This document shows positions 49,136-51,069 of a stretch of DNA of 51,069 nt, in pieces. Origin of the DNA: Candidatus Micrarchaeota archaeon. Lineage in GTDB: Archaea; Micrarchaeota; Micrarchaeia; Norongarragalinales; UBA8480. The first letter of the stretch is position 1. Every line of letters starts with the position of its first letter. The notes under the pieces were generated by a model. The model ran no database searches. It saw nothing but the letters and a program-made list of their open reading frames with translations, and was not told where the DNA came from. The position numbers and the translations under genes are program-made. The stretch spans positions 1 through 51,069 of the forward strand of contig CAYMAH010000029.1 of the NCBI GenBank assembly GCA_964388435.1. Direction: 5' to 3'.

Positions 49136-49746
49136 GACTCAACACTCTTTTTAATATCTTCAAAATTCTGCAGAGCATTCCCTTCAAACAAGGCGCTGCC
49201 TACAACCAAAACGTTGGCCCCAGCCTCCACCACGCTCTTAGCGTTTTCCTTGTTGATTCCGCCGTCAACAGCTATGGTCTTGTCGGTTTCTTTTCTAAGC
49301 TTTCTTATCTTTTCAATTGTTTCTCCAATGAACTTCTGCCCTCCAAAACCAGGGTGAACGCTCATAATCAAAAAACTGTCAACATACTCGATGTGTTTGT
49401 AAACCTTATCTACCGGTGTTTCGGGGTTCAACGCGATGGCTTTTTTCTGCTTTACCTCCCCGAGATTTTTTTCCACTCCCTCCGACTCTACATGAAACGT
49501 TATAGTGGAAGCCATCCAATACCTCTTGAAGTAATCAGCTGGCTTTTCAACCATCAAGTGAACGTTCAGGTTGTTCTTAATCCATTCAATTCTTCTGGGG
49601 TGAAATTCAGAAATGGTGTTGTTTTTCACGAACCTTCCATCCATCACGTCAACATGAACCTCTCTGACCCTGCTTCCAAGAAGCTCCAAATCCTCCCTTA
49701 GCTTTTTCTGCTCCACGCCTAGAATAGAAGGGCTTAGTTCAAACAT
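49132..49746 (-). CDS. rpe: Ribulose-phosphate 3-epimerase
   Basis: LSPSILGV...VHVDVMDGRFV...HLMV...MSVHPGFGGQKF...VDGGIN. Confidence 0.88.
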   Translation of the reverse strand: MFELSPSILGVEQKKLREDLELLGSRVREVHVDVMDGRFVKNNTISEFHPRRIEWIKNNLNVHLMVEKPADYFKRYWMASTITFHVESEGVEKNLGEVKQKKAIALNPETPVDKVYKHIEYVDSFLIMSVHPGFGGQKFIGETIEKIRKLRKETDKTIAVDGGINKENAKSVVEAGANVLVVGSALFEGNALQNFEDIKKSVES

Positions 49747-49890
49747 GAAAATAACTTTTGCTGCAATAAATTATTAAACATTCTATTTGGAACCTTTAAA
49801 AATATGAAAGAACTCTAAAAATATCGGCGTTTTGAGAAAGTCTTTTTAATCTTTTCACTTTAACTTTAACAATCGTAAAGGTGTTGTTGA

Positions 49891-51069
49891 ATGAATTATG
49901 ACGTTATAATCATAGGAGGAGGGCCCTCCGGAAGCACTCTCGCAAGCATGATAGGAGGGAAAACCAAAACACTTCTTTTGGACAAGGCTAAATTTCCAAG
50001 AGACAAAACCTGCGGAGACGCTGTAAGCGGAAAAACCCTTACCATGCTCAAAGAGTTGAACCTAGTTCAAAAAATGGAGAAGGCTAAACACAAGAAAATA
50101 TATGGAGTTTCATTTTCAAGCCCGAACGGAGTCATGGCAAGAATACCGCTTAAGAAAAACATACTGGGAACAAATTACGGGTACGTGTGCAAGAGAATTG
50201 TTTTCGACGACATGCTGTTTAAAAACGCCTCTAAAAAGTGCGATGCCATTCAAAACTTCACCGTTACAGACCTGGTCAGAGAAGGGGAAAAAGTGGTTGG
50301 AGTGAAGGGAATGATAAAAGGAAAGGAAAAAACATTCAAAGGAAAAATAATAGTCGGAGCGGACGGGGCTCAAAGCGTGATGGCGCAGAAACTCAAGGTT
50401 AATGACAATCCCCCAGAGCATGTTTGCGTTGCAATGAGAGCCTACTACAAAAACATCAAGGGTTTGACTGATGATATTGAAATACATTTCGTAGACGAGA
50501 TAATTCCGGGATATTTATGGATATTCCCGGCGGCTAACGGGGAAGCAAACGTAGGAATCGGAGTGGTTTTAAGCGAGGTTAAAAAAAGAAACGTTGACCT
50601 GAAACAGGTGATGTTCAAGGTATTGAAGGAAAACAGGCTTTTCAAAGAAAGATTCAAAAACGCGGTTCTAACATCAGAAGTTAAAGGCTGGACGCTTCCA
50701 TTCGCTTCCTACAAAAGAAAAATAGCGGGAGACTCATGGATTCTTTTGGGAGACGCCGCATCACTGGTTGACCCCTTTTCAGGAGAAGGAATGGGAAACG
50801 GAAGCCTAAGCGCGAGAATAGCCGCCCCGATAGTTCTAGAGGCGTTGAAGAAAGGCGACTCTACTGTTTTACGGCAATACCCGGAAAAACTCTGGCAGAA
50901 TTTAAACCCGGAAGTGAACATGAGCTACAAAATGCAGCAGCTGGGAAAATGGAAGTTTCTTTTAAATCTGGTGGTGGGAAAAATCAAGAAAAGCGAGTGG
51001 GTAAGGGACACCATATCGGGAATGCTCGTGGACAACGAGTCCAAGAAAAACTTTGCCTCGCCTTTATTC
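49891..51069 (+). CDS. Geranylgeranyl reductase family FAD-dependent oxidoreductase (3' end beyond window)
   Basis: Own translation from ATG 49891: MNYDVIIIGGGPSGSTLASMIGG...DKTCGDAVSGK...IVGADGAQSVMAQKL...LLGDAASLVDPFSGEGMGNG. The frame stays open to the window end, so it is absent from the ORF track. Confidence 0.85.
   Translation, partial: MNYDVIIIGGGPSGSTLASMIGGKTKTLLLDKAKFPRDKTCGDAVSGKTLTMLKELNLVQKMEKAKHKKIYGVSFSSPNGVMARIPLKKNILGTNYGYVCKRIVFDDMLFKNASKKCDAIQNFTVTDLVREGEKVVGVKGMIKGKEKTFKGKIIVGADGAQSVMAQKLKVNDNPPEHVCVAMRAYYKNIKGLTDDIEIHFVDEIIPGYLWIFPAANGEANVGIGVVLSEVKKRNVDLKQVMFKVLKENRLFKERFKNAVLTSEVKGWTLPFASYKRKIAGDSWILLGDAASLVDPFSGEGMGNGSLSARIAAPIVLEALKKGDSTVLRQYPEKLWQNLNPEVNMSYKMQQLGKWKFLLNLVVGKIKKSEWVRDTISGMLVDNESKKNFASPLF

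Noticed and set aside
49114-49701. 195-aa plus-strand ORF
   Set aside because: It is antisense to ribulose-phosphate 3-epimerase, which has complete family motifs.

Overview
AT-rich archaeal chromosome segment of about 51 kb. Archaeal markers include a histone, DnaG primase, RFC small subunit, Rpo4/F, L21e, aEF-1beta, Pth2, ABCE1, LonB, Rad50 and Hef. Genes are short, tightly packed and often split: Hef helicase and nuclease, transketolase N and C, and the pilus platform. This fits a reduced DPANN-like genome, which is an inference from content only. Housekeeping blocks are rpl21e-rpoF-DUF655, rps2, rpl1-rplP0-rplP1, a sufBCDSU operon whose sufB carries a 401-aa LAGLIDADG intein, non-oxidative pentose-phosphate genes (rpiB, split tkt, rpe), two geranylgeranyl-reductase paralogs, a VapBC pair and an orphan amino-methyltransferase. 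The unusual content is a dispersed type IV pilus (Epd/Tad-like) inventory. First, a co-directional minus-strand cluster (7605 to 1872) opens with five tightly coupled paralogous two-TM hairpin proteins of no family I recognise. An orphan 142-aa protein, an A24 prepilin peptidase with an inserted soluble domain, and six Cys-paired, sequon-dense pilin-like proteins follow. Second, a FlaI/TadA-like ATPase, a split TadB/TadC-like platform and three tiny pilins lie at 31662 to 27333. One of these pilins is a 37-aa ORF missing from the ORF track. Third, an unannotated 59-aa orphan pilin lies at 45037..45216. Other points are a tRNA candidate (Arg-GCG) that needs two introns to fold, a decayed ABC-transporter remnant, and a Hef helicase/nuclease split with a 200-nt dual-frame overlap. 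I saw no CRISPR array, rRNA gene or transposase. All family assignments come from motif recognition by eye, with no database search.
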